A stretch of DNA of 62,119 nucleotides, the filler included, from Bipalium vagum (lineage: Eukaryota): assembly GCA_037834085.1 (NCBI GenBank). It is 3 parts of 3 records of this genome, joined end to end, with 100 filler letters (N's around TTAATTAATTAA, not from the genome) between each part and the next. Parts side by side here need not be neighbours in the genome. Positions count along the whole stretch, not along the records: positions 1 to 19,979 come from JBBMKC010263014.1; 2 more parts are not named here. One strand, written 5' to 3'. The translations under genes were made by a program, and so were the position numbers. A model generated the notes under the pieces. That model was not told where the DNA came from. It searched no databases and saw nothing but the letters and a program-made list of their open reading frames with translations. Shown piece after piece: positions 1-12,050 of this stretch. The number at the start of each line of letters is the position of its first letter. Within the stretch, counting starts at the first letter, position 1.

Positions 1-139
1 TATAATGTAATAAAATATATGTTCATATTTAGTTCTTAATAAAATTTTACTTCATAAATTTAATTTTTATATTTGTGGATTTATTTCCGCGATTATACGA
101 CTCACCCGGTATAATAAATAAAAACCAAGTATAAACAAC

Positions 140-723
140 CAATAGAACCCAATTTGCCATATTGAAGGGAAACACAAAAGAATGATTGTCCATAAATAGA
201 TCGAGAGTGTTCATATTTATAATCACCATAAAATGGAAATCCTGGAACGGAGTGAATTAGCCAAAATCCATTTGTAGTATCAAAACTTAGTACTCCTACG
301 TGGAAGCTGTTAATGAACTGTTAGATTATAAAATACCTTTTAAATGACCTCTTTTTGAATCAGAGTTTTTAGAATATGGAGACTTGTCATTGTAAAACGC
401 ATAGAAAGATGACCGATCAAGTTTGGATGTCTGCTCAATTGTCAGAGCAATAAGATTTTTACTACTAGACAAATCGTATTCCGAAGTTTTCCACCCGTGG
501 TCTGGACAATCAGAAGTCAAATATGCAAATCGATAGGAATTTGGATATTTTAGTGCTATAAACCTAAAAAAATTTAATACAACTAAAGAATATAATAATA
601 ATAATAATAAAATAACCAATCCACATCTTTATTCTTTTCATTTTTACAAACCAATTTGCAAAAAAAATTTTTGATTTCAAAATATAATATTAAAATACAC
701 AAAAATCTTTTTGGTATTCGCAT
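140..723 (-). CDS. DNASE2: Deoxyribonuclease II (acid DNase), 5' exons; 3' part runs off the window
   Basis: Exons 723-617, 563-337 and 295-~140 joined by GT-AG introns of 53 and 41 bp give MRIPKRFLCILILYF...CKNEKNKDVDW|FIALKYP...YAFYNDKSP...SKRGHLK|GVLSFDTTNGFWLIHSVPGFP...YGQSFFCVSL. This matches the DNase II motifs VDWF, YNDxxP, GHxKG (first HxK) and GFWLxHSVPxFP. Confidence 0.92.
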
Positions 724-1049
724 TCTTTATCATAAAAATTTTAGTAAGCACTTGAGCTTTGTATTTTGACACAATTAATTTTAACGTCTCATCTCTAAAA
801 TATCAAAGATAGATTTTCTTTTAAAAATTATACATTGAAATTATATTATATTTTTTAATTTATATGTTATGGGATTAAAACAGAAATTTAGTCTTTTAAA
901 TGCATTACTAATTGAAAAGTTTTTAAATTTCATGTTAGATACATACATAGTTTTACATAAAAACTCTCATACTTATCTTAAATTATCTCTAACAATTTTA
1001 ACAAAAGTATTTAAACACATTCTTAAAGAATCTAAAAGTCTAATAAAAG

Positions 1050-2790
1050 ATGGACCCATGAGATACACTTCACTAACAGGATGTACGAATATGGTATCCC
1101 GTATACAAACCTCGTTTAAATTTGTAGGACAGATGACAGAAGAAATAGTCTCAATAATAAATAATAATGTTCTGACAGATGTTAAGAAAAATGGGTTACA
1201 ACTGGCGTTAGGTTCTCGAACAGTAACATGTCAGAGTTTTGAATTTTTAGGCAAACTTTTATGTGTAGTGGAACTTAGTGGTCATATAATAGAACATGGC
1301 TTGAAAGTGATCGCCAATTGTCCATACGATGGATTAATTTGAATGGACATTTTGTCGCAGTTACAAGGAGTGGCGTAATATTAAACGAAAAATTCTTATT
1401 GCAATTATACCAGAAAATGAGAATTGATCAGCTGCAGTTATTAACAGCCTTGTGCATATGCAATCAACATTAACTTGATAAAACCACCTGAAATTAAAAA
1501 AGTACAAGCTGGTGATTACGACTCAAAATTTGGTTCTAGGTGTTTATGGACTACAGAAGGTTTACAAAGTAACAAGGAAGGATATATATTTAATACCAGT
1601 AATTGAGATGATACTTGATAAGATCAAAAGATTAACAATATTTACAGTTACGTATCTACAAAAGGGATACAATTAAGTAGTCATTGATAAGGATAGTAAG
1701 GAAATTAAAGCTTCGGTGATCAGTAAAAGATTATATCAATTCAATAAAATAATTTTTGAATTAACAAGAACTCCACCAACGTTTTAGCGAACTTATTACA
1801 GATGTATGTAGAACACATCATAATTTATTTATATAACATAATAATTTTTTGTCCATGGCAATGAACTTATCAAGGATATAGCGACAGTCCTATAAAAGTT
1901 GAAAATGGCGGGTTTGAAAGTGTAGTCTAACAAATGGGAATGAGTGAAGGACACTGTTAAATATATAGGCCACACAGTGTCAGGTTCAGAAATTTCACCA
2001 GACCCTGAAAATGTAAAGAAATTGGAAAACTTTGTCATACCGAGAAACACAAGGGAAGTGAAAGAATTTGGATTACCAAGGATTCATAAAAACTATGGCA
2101 AAAAAGAAGTGTATTCAATCAGAGAATTTTAGAACAACATTTGGCAATATTAACCAATTTAATCATGATACATGAAATCGGGAGTAGATCAGGAAAGTAA
2201 TAAGGGCAAGAATAAATTAATTCTTAAAAATCAACAATATTGCTTATATTTTTCGTCTTAAATTTTAAAACGGTATTTTACAGAGGCTAGTTGCTCTTAT
2301 GAAACTCATGGTTTATGGAAAAACATTAAATGATCAGGTTAAATAAAGGCTAGAAGCTATTTTTCTAATATTATTTAAACCCAAAGGAATTGCGAAAAGA
2401 TTAATGAGTTTTTATGATGCAATTGTTAAGTTTTGTGAGAGTGAGGATGAATACAACTTATCTTAATTTGACTCCTTAAGGTAAAATCACACAGTTCCGA
2501 CTATTTTCAATAATCAATTTTGATAAAGAAAAAAAGGAGCAATGAATGTCACTAAGGAAGGGTTGTCGTTAAAATGACACCACGCTATCAATCTAGACAA
2601 TCTTCTTAATTTATAAACTATGATACATGCATATGCAGGCCAGACTCTGACTCATGCAAGAGTGGATCAAAGAGGTTTTTGTCCTGAACACATGATATTA
2701 AAGTGAATACCTGTTTTAAAAAGGAGGTTCAAGATTTTCACCAGTGTTGGATACACCAATGGCAGGAATTCTAGATTTGGAGACCACCAA
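1050..2790 (+). mobile_element. Decayed Ty3/gypsy pol remnant (protease/RT)
   Basis: Protease-end-like CPYDGLI*MDIL near 1320 and RT C-terminal motif VKYIGHTVSGSEISPDPENVKKLENFVIPRNTREVKEF (1944-2070); many stops and frameshifts. Boundaries approximate. Confidence 0.7.
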
Positions 2791-3436
2791 AGGTGTATGA
2801 TAATAATAAAATTATTAAATTTATAACTAGTAGTAGGAATTCAAAATTTTAGTCTATCTTTTCCCTCACTAATGATTGAAAGCATTTTTTATCGATCCTA
2901 GTGCGATAAAGACGTAGATTGGTATCTTTTCCAACAAAATTTTAAATTCTAAGAATTCGAATTAATTAAATATAAATATAAACTGCTAATAAAAACTTGG
3001 TTGAACATGCTGCAGGTATTTCGAATGAGATCCAAAAATTGTATAAAAATTATATTAAAATAAAAATTAGTTTATACGAAAATTGTATATTATATTAAAA
3101 TAATCACTCATATTGTATACATATTTAATATTATTAAACTAGGTATATTGGTTTAAGCCTCAAAGATTTATAAAATGTTTAAATATTGAAGACAACTAAT
3201 GAATTTCTATAAAAGGTAATTTCAGAATTGATTTGCTATTAATAAACAATTTACGGCAATATGGACTTTTTCTAAATGCTTTCCTATTAAACCTTTAGGA
3301 ATTTTTGATAAAACCCCTTATTATACTAATCGAATAATATTTAGATGATTTAACTGAGATTTTTATTTTAACTTTATTAAAGATAAATTTAGTATGAAAA
3401 TTGTTTAAATAATTTGTTTCGTTTTTTTTTAAACAA

Positions 3437-3861
3437 ATGTTTCGAAATTTTTGCAATTTAAAATATTTTATTTTAAAAAATTTTCATGTTGTGGTACTGA
3501 GTAATTATATTTCAATTTTTTTTATTATGGTTTTTAGGTTAATAGTCATAAGCCGATGATTAAATTTCCAGCAAGACATCAAAATGGTAATCTAATGAGA
3601 TAATTTTATCATTTTAATAATGCTCTTAGTGAATAGTTTTAAATTAAGTGATTCACTTATATCGAATGAAAGTAAAACGGGTTCCTCTACCTTCACTGTT
3701 AAATGTAGTATTTTGCCTGAAAATGCCATATCTTCAAACCAACTTGATAAAAAGTATCACAGGAAGCCATTATCTGTTGAAGAAATAGAAGCTATTAAGG
3801 TAAATTGATATTTTTTTTCAGTTTAATTTATATGATCTAGAACGGAGATGTTACGTCGTAA
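3437..3861 (+). CDS. MRPS36: MRPS36/KGD4 (alpha-ketoglutarate dehydrogenase adaptor subunit)
   Basis: Exons 3437-3493, 3538-3586, 3630-3799, 3841-3861 (introns 44, 43, 41 bp) give MFRNFCNLKYFILKNFHVV|VNSHKPMIKFPARHQN|V...QLDKKYHRKPLSVEEIEAIK|NGDVTS*. This matches the family motifs HxPLIRFPxR and LPQKYRRKxxSxEExExIxxGG. Confidence 0.8.
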
Positions 3862-6541
3862 TTATTTGTTGAAATAATTTTTTAGGATTAATACTAAGAT
3901 TATGTGAATAAATTATTTATCAAAAAATCATTTAGCAGTCTCAACAACTCTAATTTTCAATGTTCAATGATTTTTAGCCGCTTTACATCCTATTTTTTCT
4001 TAAATACTTATGAAACCTTCATTGACCCCTTAAACAAATTTAGAAATGTTTTAATCCATTTGGATGTCAAAAATCAATTATCATACGTCTTTTTTATCAT
4101 ATCCTAAAAGATTGATTATAATTCTGGAAAGTTAAATTATTCTATTTAACAAGTGTTTCGGAATTAATTTTAGATGTTCTAAATAATTGACAGAGGGTTG
4201 CATCTAAATATGGTGATAAATATATTGTATCCTATAGTTAATTGATCGGTTATAAATGCAGTAAATTCTATTCAATCCTGATAATCTGTTGGAAAGACTA
4301 AGTTCTGATTAAAGTGTTTAATCTATAGATTTCATAACTGTATAGGAAATTTAATCTGGACTAATAGGACTCGGTTTGGTTGAAATTTACTTTTATAGTT
4401 TTCTTCTCTTAATAAGCTCAATTGAATTCTTGTTTTTCCAAAAGAATTAATAACGCTTTTAGTAGCTAGTAATTATGCAATACTGAAGCTACTTTTTTAA
4501 ACAATGTCAGTTTTTGAAATTTTCTTCAAAAAATGTGAAAAATTAGTTCTTTAAATTTGTGTATATTTGAGAATAGTTTTAACCATGAGTTTATTATTAA
4601 GATTCAAATTATTAAAAGCGAGAGTCGAGTTTAGCGTAGAAACATAAAAAGAGAAATTTTTATCAATATTGAGAGAAAATATAATCTCGAAGGTGACGTA
4701 ATTAACAGAATTCAAGACATGTCTCGGTGAAAAAAATTTGTTTTAAAAGATTAATAAAAGTCAATTTTCAAAGATAAAATCAGAGGATGAAATGGAAGGC
4801 ATAGGATTTAGAGAATTGGCAAAAATAACCTTACGCATTTGTAAAAATGGCAAATTTGCGAGATGGAGAAATAAGAGTACTGATTAAAGAACAGTCATTT
4901 TGAGTCAAGTCATGAAGGCTGCAATATCTTCTATGATTTCTCCATTTTTTAGAGGAGTTTGATACTATTAAAGTTAAGTTCAGTAATAATCCTACGAACA
5001 AACTAATTCGCCAACAAGCAGATTTATTACTCTGCTAATAAACAATACATTTTGTTTGTTAAAAGCTCAACTTTAACTCTTACACAAACGATAGCAAATA
5101 CTTTGTAACTAGTCGTTGATTTACTTATCAATATTAACACTAATCGATTGATGGGTAATCTGTGTAATCGATTGTAATATAAAGTAAAACATGAATCAAA
5201 AAGATTTAAATTCTTACACGGTTCACAAATAATAAAAATTAACATAATATCTGAGGCTGGTTATTTTGAAAATCAAGCTTGTAATATGACACTAACAATT
5301 TAAATACCAGTTAATTAAAGACAAAAATATCTTTTACCTCGAAGGTAAGTGAAGAGTCTTTTAATAAGAACTACTGACTATTTTTAACGAATAGCTTGGT
5401 GAACCTGCAAGTAAAAGAAAACTCTAGAAACAATTAAAAATATTAATAACTGATTAATTTTTATCAGTCCCTAACTAAACTTAGCTTAACTATAACGTTT
5501 ACCGTAAAAATACCGAGAAGTACAAATCTTACATAAAATAACACCATTCTGCTGTTATAGAATTTCATAAAACCACAGAAATTTATATATTAACATTACA
5601 AGAATCTAGTTTATACTGTAAATTATTCTCTAATTCCTGTCATTAATAAATTATTAATTTATTTAAGTACACTTCGACCAGTCAATTCGTATAGGTTAAA
5701 TTAAAATTATAATCAGAGACAATTCGACCTTTAGGAATGCGGAAATTTTTAAAACAATTTTCATTAATTAAGATTGACATTTCAGTCACGAATTGAAAAT
5801 TTTAAATACAAGAACTCAGAAAATAGAAATAAGGAAACATTTAAAACGTATATTTTATAACTAAACGTTTCTATCCATTAAGAAGCATCAGAAATAGTTA
5901 CCAATTGATTACAGAATACTGGAATTGTAGAATCGTCTAGTAGAAACAATTTGCTTACAGGCCTAATTTCCTTTAGCCTTTAACCGGTATTGGTTCTTCA
6001 GCCCAGATTTCTTTCAAATTTTTCAAGACTATATCGAAATGTTTATTAAATGTCCATATTCGATCAAGCAGCTTTTAATTGTTTCGACAATTTATTAGTA
6101 AAACATTAAGCAATTAATTACAGTAAGCTATTTCTAATAAAATTACCTTATTTAAACAATGGTATTTAAGGTGCTATTTATTGTAAATATTGAACAATGA
6201 TGATTTTAGGCTTATCATAATAAAGTTATTAATTGCCACAACCAAGTATTTAAATTGTGTAAAGTTAATAATATATTTGTATATAGTTTTAAGACAAGGC
6301 TTGTTTTACAAACCTCACCTCGAACAAGCTTAAGATATTAAAATATTTTTTATAAAAAATAGTTGAATTCTGTTATGATTTTTTAGATGATAATACAGAA
6401 AAAATTAATCATCATAATAATTTAATTTCAATCTTTAGAATTTTTAAATTGAAACATCCAGTTCCGGAAAAAAAGAATTATCATATAAGATGTTATTTAC
6501 TCAAATTTATATAAAGTATACTAATTTGGCTATATTAATAT

Positions 6542-6686
6542 TAGGGAAGTGTATAAAATAAAGCAACACCCTAGCTCTAAAATATAAATAAAAAACATGT
6601 CATTTTCATCCTCATAAATTCGGACAAAAACGAGGTTTATTTATATTTCAGAGCTATAATCTCGAATTATTTTATGCATTTCCCTA
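6542..6686. mobile_element. Short fold-back MITE
   Basis: TAGGGAAGTGTATAAAATAA at the left pairs with TTATTTTATGCATTTCCCTA at the right; inner AGCTCTAAAATATAAATAAA pairs with TTTATTTATATTTCAGAGCT; flanked by TA. Confidence 0.7.
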
Positions 6687-6828
6687 CTACTATACATATC
6701 ACTGGTCATAAATTGTGAATTTTATCACATCGTTTTTCATAAAAATAATATTTTTTCTTGATTTTACAAAATATAGAATAAATATTCAAATAAAAATATC
6801 AACCAACAATATTAAAAAAAAATCAAAT

Positions 6829-7740
6829 ATGGATGAAAATTAATCTACTTATTATTATGAAATCTGTGATAAAAGTTTCAAAAATAAAACAGTTTTATAA
6901 GTCATCTTGAGAATTTATTTATTAAATATAGCTTACTTAATGAATTATGTAATAATGAACTAATTTATATTGAATGTGTTTGAGGAAAGTTATAATAAAT
7001 TTTGGTACAATGGACATTCATTCAAAACTAGTAAAATTGAATTATATAGGAATACTAATGAAAAAGATATTTTTTTAATTTTGAAGTTGAATTAACAAAA
7101 ATAATAAGTAAATATTCTGATTAAAATAAAGATAAATTTTAATTTCAAATATTAATAAAATATAAGTATATTAATCCTCTTATTATAAATCAAGATACTG
7201 AGAAAAGAATAACTAACATATAAATTTTATACACATCCACAATCATTAACTATTAAGAATGAGATAAGTACATCAATACAACGTCACCTTCAGTACTTAA
7301 CCACCATTACCGAAGAAAGAAAATTGAAGGGTTCAGGGTGGAAGTTTGTAAATTTATATATTTTTTTCAAATAGATTTAATTAAATATCAATCATTAGTT
7401 GGATCCTCGTATACAAATTACCCTTTGAATCTAAAAACAATAAATATTAAAAATAAGGATGATAGATGTTTTATATATTCTGTACTAGCTTATCTTCATT
7501 CAACAACCTTTCATTCAGAAAGATTAAAAAATTATACTCCTTTATCCATGAATTAAATTTAGATGGTATTAGTTTTCCAGTAAAGATAGATGATGTTAAA
7601 AAAATTAATAATCAAAACAATATTAGTATAAATATATTTGAATTGCAGAATAACAAAAACATACTACCAATATATCAAGAACATCTTATTGCAAAACCAA
7701 ATTTGGAAGACAGAAAATGTTATTATAATTATGATTTGTG
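6829..7740 (+). pseudogene. Maverick/Polinton-type PolB-associated N-terminal region, frameshifted
   Basis: Across frames: C2H2-like YEICDKSFKNK..., then EGSGWK...GSSY...INIKNKDDRCFIYSVLAYLH...HSERLKNY...LNLDGISFPVKIDDVKKINNQNNISINIFEL, the motif series seen N-terminal to protein-primed PolB in invertebrate Maverick-like elements. Confidence 0.65.
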
Positions 7741-7798
7741 AAAAAATATGAAAATATTTTCTAATACAGGTTTATGCCGAAATATATAGAAAAATATA

Positions 7799-8803
7799 TG
7801 AGTTGTTCGGAAATAAATTAGCGTTTTTATTTTATTGTATATATATATATATATATTATTGTATAGAAAATTTGATCTCAGTGATGCAGAGGGTCGTAGG
7901 CGGAAAACTTCGGTGGACAATGATGATTTGAAGACAATTATTGAATCAAACCCACAGAATACAGTAAGAAATTTATCCAAGCAATTATCAGTATCTATTT
8001 CAACTGTTTCTCAACACCTAAAGGAAATTGGCAAGGTTAAAAAGTTAAATAAGTGGATACCGCATTTATTAACAGATTATCAAAAACAAATGAGATATGA
8101 TATCTGCTCAAAAATGATTCAAAGAAAGAAAAATAATCCATTTTTGCGCAGAATAATTATGTGTGATGAAAAATGGATCCTTTACCATAACCATAAACGT
8201 CCAACTGAGTGGATAGATCGTGGTTCAGTTCCAAATTGTTCTCCAAAACCAAGTTCAAAAAAAGATTTTGATATCAACTTGGTGTTGTCAGACGGGTTTG
8301 ATTCATTACGAATTCCTAAAAAACGGTGAATCAATAACATCAGATGTATATTGCAATCAATTGGAATGTATGCATCAAAGATTAAAAGTTTTGCATCCAG
8401 CAATTGTCAACAGAAATATTCCAATTTTGCTGCATGACAATGCGAGGCTACATGTCGCAAAACAAACACTACAAAGGTAGATGACCTTGGATATGAGATT
8501 CTTCCACATCCGGCATACTCACCGGACTCATCTCCTACGAATTATTATTTATTTCAAGCATTACATTATTTCCTGTCTCGAAAGGTCTTCAATAGTTACG
8601 ACACCTTAAAACAGGTATTTGAGGAATTCGTCGTGTCTTGTAAACATGATTTCTATGAAAAAGGAATATTAAGTCTTCAATCACGTTGGGAACAATGTAT
8701 TAAATGTAATGGAAATTATTTTTAATATATAAATGTCTTAAGTCAAAAAGTATTTCTTTTTCATTTTCATTCGAAAAAACGCTAATTTATTTCCGAACAA
8801 CCT
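7799..8803 (+). mobile_element. Mariner (DD34D) element, internally deleted, frameshifted
   Basis: TIRs GTTGTTCGGAAATAAATTAGCGTTTTT at ~7802 and its reverse complement at ~8775-8800; KKLNKWIPHLLT, IIMCDEKWILY, LLHDNARLH, HPAYSPDSSP. Confidence 0.93.
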
Positions 8804-8819
8804 GATATATATATATATA

Positions 8820-9330
8820 ATTCCATGCAAAAATATATAGAAAATTATTCAGAAATATATAGAAAAAATATTCGATTATTAAAGTACTGTCTCAAGAATT
8901 TTACGTGTCATGAATTATACCAGAAAGCGATTAGTCAGAGTTCCCGAAGAGAGAAATAACAGTAAAAACATTGAGGTTAGACAGGTTTATGAGAAACATT
9001 GAGTACATTGAAGACTGTAAGCTGATTTACTTAGAAGAAACAGGAGTCAACTTACACCAAAAAAGACGTTTTTGCCACCATACTCTCCTCAGCAGCTTCA
9101 AGTCGGAAATATGATCATTTATGAGAACCAATAGAGATCGACCATTTAAAAGAATTGATTACTCAAGTACTCATGCATAACGATATCGATTTAAGTGGTT
9201 ATTTTCGCAACATAAAGGCATTGCAAGACAAGACTTTTGTCCCGTAATGTTTTATTGTTTTATATATACATTTCCACTCGTGTATTTGTTATAAATTTTT
9301 CCTATATATTTTGAATAATTTTCGGATTAT
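8820..9330 (+). mobile_element. Tc1/IS630-like remnant
   Basis: KLIYLEETGVNLHQKR (DETG-like) near 9020-9065; inverted repeat GAAAATTATTCAGAAATATATAG (~8840) versus ~9295-9325. Confidence 0.45.
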
Positions 9331-9619
9331 ATTAACATGATACTACAACAACCAACAAATAAATCTTACACGACATAATGTCATCACTTAAATTTGACAC
9401 TACAGAAAAAAATCATTTAAATTTGAGACTATTTTTTCAGAAATGTAGTGTAAACTTAAATTGATCCTTTTCCTTTATCTTGAATTCATTCAAATATTTT
9501 TTCAACATTAATTTTATCAATCATTACAAAATTTGTGAAATTTTGAAATGTTTTTAATAAGCATAATTTTAAAGCCATATTAGAAAACAAATAAGAAAAT
9601 AAATTGTTTTGTACAGTTA

Positions 9620-10780
9620 TATTAGTTTTTTTAGAAATGAATGTCGTTTTATGACTTTTAACTCAATCCTTCGCCAAATGCTAGGCTGATGTTCCGACTT
9701 GCTTCTGCTGCTCTATGACTCAGCTTAAATTCATATAAGTAAATTGTACGTATGTTACCTCAAAACATTAATAATAACGTTATTTAAAATTAAATAATTA
9801 CGAAATGCTTATAAAATAAAATTTAAATTTGTTGGGGTTTTGAAAAAAATAATAAAAATAATAATTTTTAAATAATATTAATAAGAATATTTTAAAATAG
9901 TTTTTCTAAGGATAAAATATTTTTTTGTGTCATTAGTATAATGACAAAATCCCGCCGTGGGGATTATTTTTTTGATCAGGCTAATGGATTCCTGTCGGGA
10001 GACTATTTCGGCGTGGAGATAATGAAGGGCTATTCGGAAAAATAGCCGTCTGTGAGCGTAGGGATTGATGATCGTAGATCAATCTCTACGCCTATAAAAA
10101 GAGACGGCTATTCCCGTTTATAGCCAGAAAGTATCCAGAAAGAATCTAAAGGTATCTAGAAGTATCCAGAAGTATCCAGATGTAGCCAGATTCAGTACGT
10201 CAATTTCAAAATAATTATTCGCAGTTATGCCGACGGATTTTTGCAAGGGGACCCAGCAAGCTTGGGAATCCCTAGGCGACCTGAGAAGGGCCTAGAGGGT
10301 GTCCCGGGGACCCTTGTCGCTCTTGGTGAGACTGATTTTGTTCATTTTCATATATTTGTTTTCATTTTTTAAATTTAATTATTAAATTATTATCATTATT
10401 ATTAAATTCGCCTTCAGCGGTAGCGAGATTTCCGTTTATTCCATATAACATTTTTTTGTGATCGATTTAATATTTGTAATTGTTAATACAAATAAAGTTT
10501 TATTTTAAATATTTCTATTTGATTATCGAGGGAGCGGATATTGTATAGTGGAGGGTGTTTTACATTCAAAGGAGTTGAGAGGGATTTCGAACACAACGAG
10601 TTACACAAAGTGAGGAGTCATGAGCCGACGAACACACGTTACTGCAATTTAGTATAATAGTAACAAATTTCACGATTTAAAATTATATATAAAATATATT
10701 AAAACAAGACAAAATTATGATAAACTAACGTTAAATAAAATTGGTTTTTTAAAACGACATTCATTTCTAAACAACCTAAT
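9620..10780. mobile_element. Non-autonomous mariner-type element (TIR pair) carrying nested insertions
   Basis: TATTAG..TTTAGAAATGAATGTCGTTTTA at 9620-9651 and TAAAACGACATTCATTTCTAAACAACCTAATA at ~10750-10781 are reverse complements. Confidence 0.75.
9926..10450 (+). mobile_element. Solo LTR
   Basis: GC-richer island beginning TG and ending TAACA, T-run target duplication, CTATAAAA TATA-like box near 10093, and tandem AGAAGTATCC-like repeats at ~10125-10190. Confidence 0.6.
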
Positions 10781-10784
10781 ATTT

Positions 10785-11060
10785 TCAACTGCTTTTATAT
10801 CTTCAATTTCAATTTCAAAAACTATAATTAATTCTGATAAATCTTAACCATTTGCTGTTTGTAATAAAGAAAAAGTTAGCATTCCATTTTTAAAAAATTG
10901 TTTGCTGTTCCAGAAGTTAAAGGTATTTCTAAATAATCACACTTTTTTATTGTTAAGTCTTGGTTATATAACCTTTTTTAAAATGTGAAAAAAATTCAAT
11001 AGCTTATTTAATGTCAAAGGCTGAAGATTCTATTTTAGTGTCTGTAAAACCCATCCATTT
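10785..11060 (-). pseudogene. Possible Polinton major capsid protein N-terminal remnant
   Basis: Directly downstream of the A32 ATPase remnant; reads CDYLEIPLTSGTANN/KNGMLTFSLL...DLSELIIVFEIEI. Assignment rests mostly on position and weak motif resemblance. Confidence 0.3.
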
Positions 11061-11079
11061 TCTAAATTAATAAAAATAT

Positions 11080-11790
11080 ATTTCTGTCATAAAAATTATA
11101 CAAATAATCAAATTCATATTTTTCTATAAAGGTTGCTAACATTTTAGAATATATTTGCTCTCTATCTGATTTTTAAATTTTAACTAATAAAAATAATAAT
11201 ATAATAAAAAATTTGTATATTTCTTATACTTTTTAGTGGTAAATCAAAAAATGATTGAGATAAATAAATTACAGAACATTTATTATGTCTTCCACTTGTA
11301 AAATACTTTTCCATAATATATTGATTTTTTAAATCTATTACATCATCAAAATAAATACATTTTTAAGACATTTATCTAATTTATTTAGTGGTTGAATATC
11401 TATTGCTTTGTCAAACAATGAAACTTTTCTTTCCTTTTGTATGATCGTATTCATTAAATTTCATAAACTGGCTTCCTTTTTATTTTTAAATTTATTATAA
11501 ACTTCTTTAGATAATCCATTTTCGAAAAATAATTTATGTATTCAAATTCTGGTTGAATAAAAGCAGTTTAGAAAATTTGAATTTGCTCGAATTCCATGAA
11601 ACAAATTAAATAATTACTAAAATTTATTTATTTCAAAATTTATAATTATTGATTTTACTGAATTATTAAGATTAAAAACATATATAAAATTTTTTTCCTG
11701 ATTCAGAAGGACCAATAACTAACAATCTAAAAAATTTGTGGTAAATTATGATGGTGATTAAATTTTATTTCACTATCAAAACAAAGATTC
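11080..11790 (-). pseudogene. A32/FtsK-like viral packaging ATPase (Maverick/Polinton type), decayed
   Basis: Walker A-like FRLLVIGPSESGK (~11695-11735); Walker B and downstream motifs FDDVIDLKNQYIMEKYFTSGRHNKCSVIYLSQSFFDLPLKSIRKYTNF (~11210-11350). Confidence 0.85.
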
Positions 11791-11904
11791 TATTTTGTTA
11801 TAAAATTTTAAAAATCTCTTTAACTCAAACATACATTTTACTGTAGTTTAAATGTGTATTCGTTTTCACACAGACATTAGTCTGCTTCTGACCGAAGATT
11901 TTCA

Positions 11905-12050
11905 AAATTAATTAGGAGGGATAGTAAAACTGTTTTCTTATCCATTAAAGTTTATTAGTTCATTTTTGTTATCAAATATCCTAAATTTTATTTCATTAAT
12001 ATTTTTTGAAATTGAAGGATAATAAATTTTGAATTCCAAAGTCTCGAATG
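11905..12050 (-). pseudogene. Polinton minor capsid (penton) C-terminal remnant
   Basis: IIPSISKNINEIKFRIFDNKNELINFNG*ENSFTI resembles the penton C-terminal pattern IxIxxxDxxGxLIxFNG; it lies directly upstream of the ATPase. Confidence 0.55.

Noticed and set aside
3008-3016. ATGCTGCAG|GT as the first exon of MRPS36
   Set aside because: The 3437-3493 exon gives a presequence-like N-terminus with a typical 44-bp intron and fits better, though this one is not strictly excluded.
10125-10190. AGAAGTATCC repeats as a CRISPR-like array
   Set aside because: 10-bp tandem units without spacers inside an LTR of a eukaryotic sequence.
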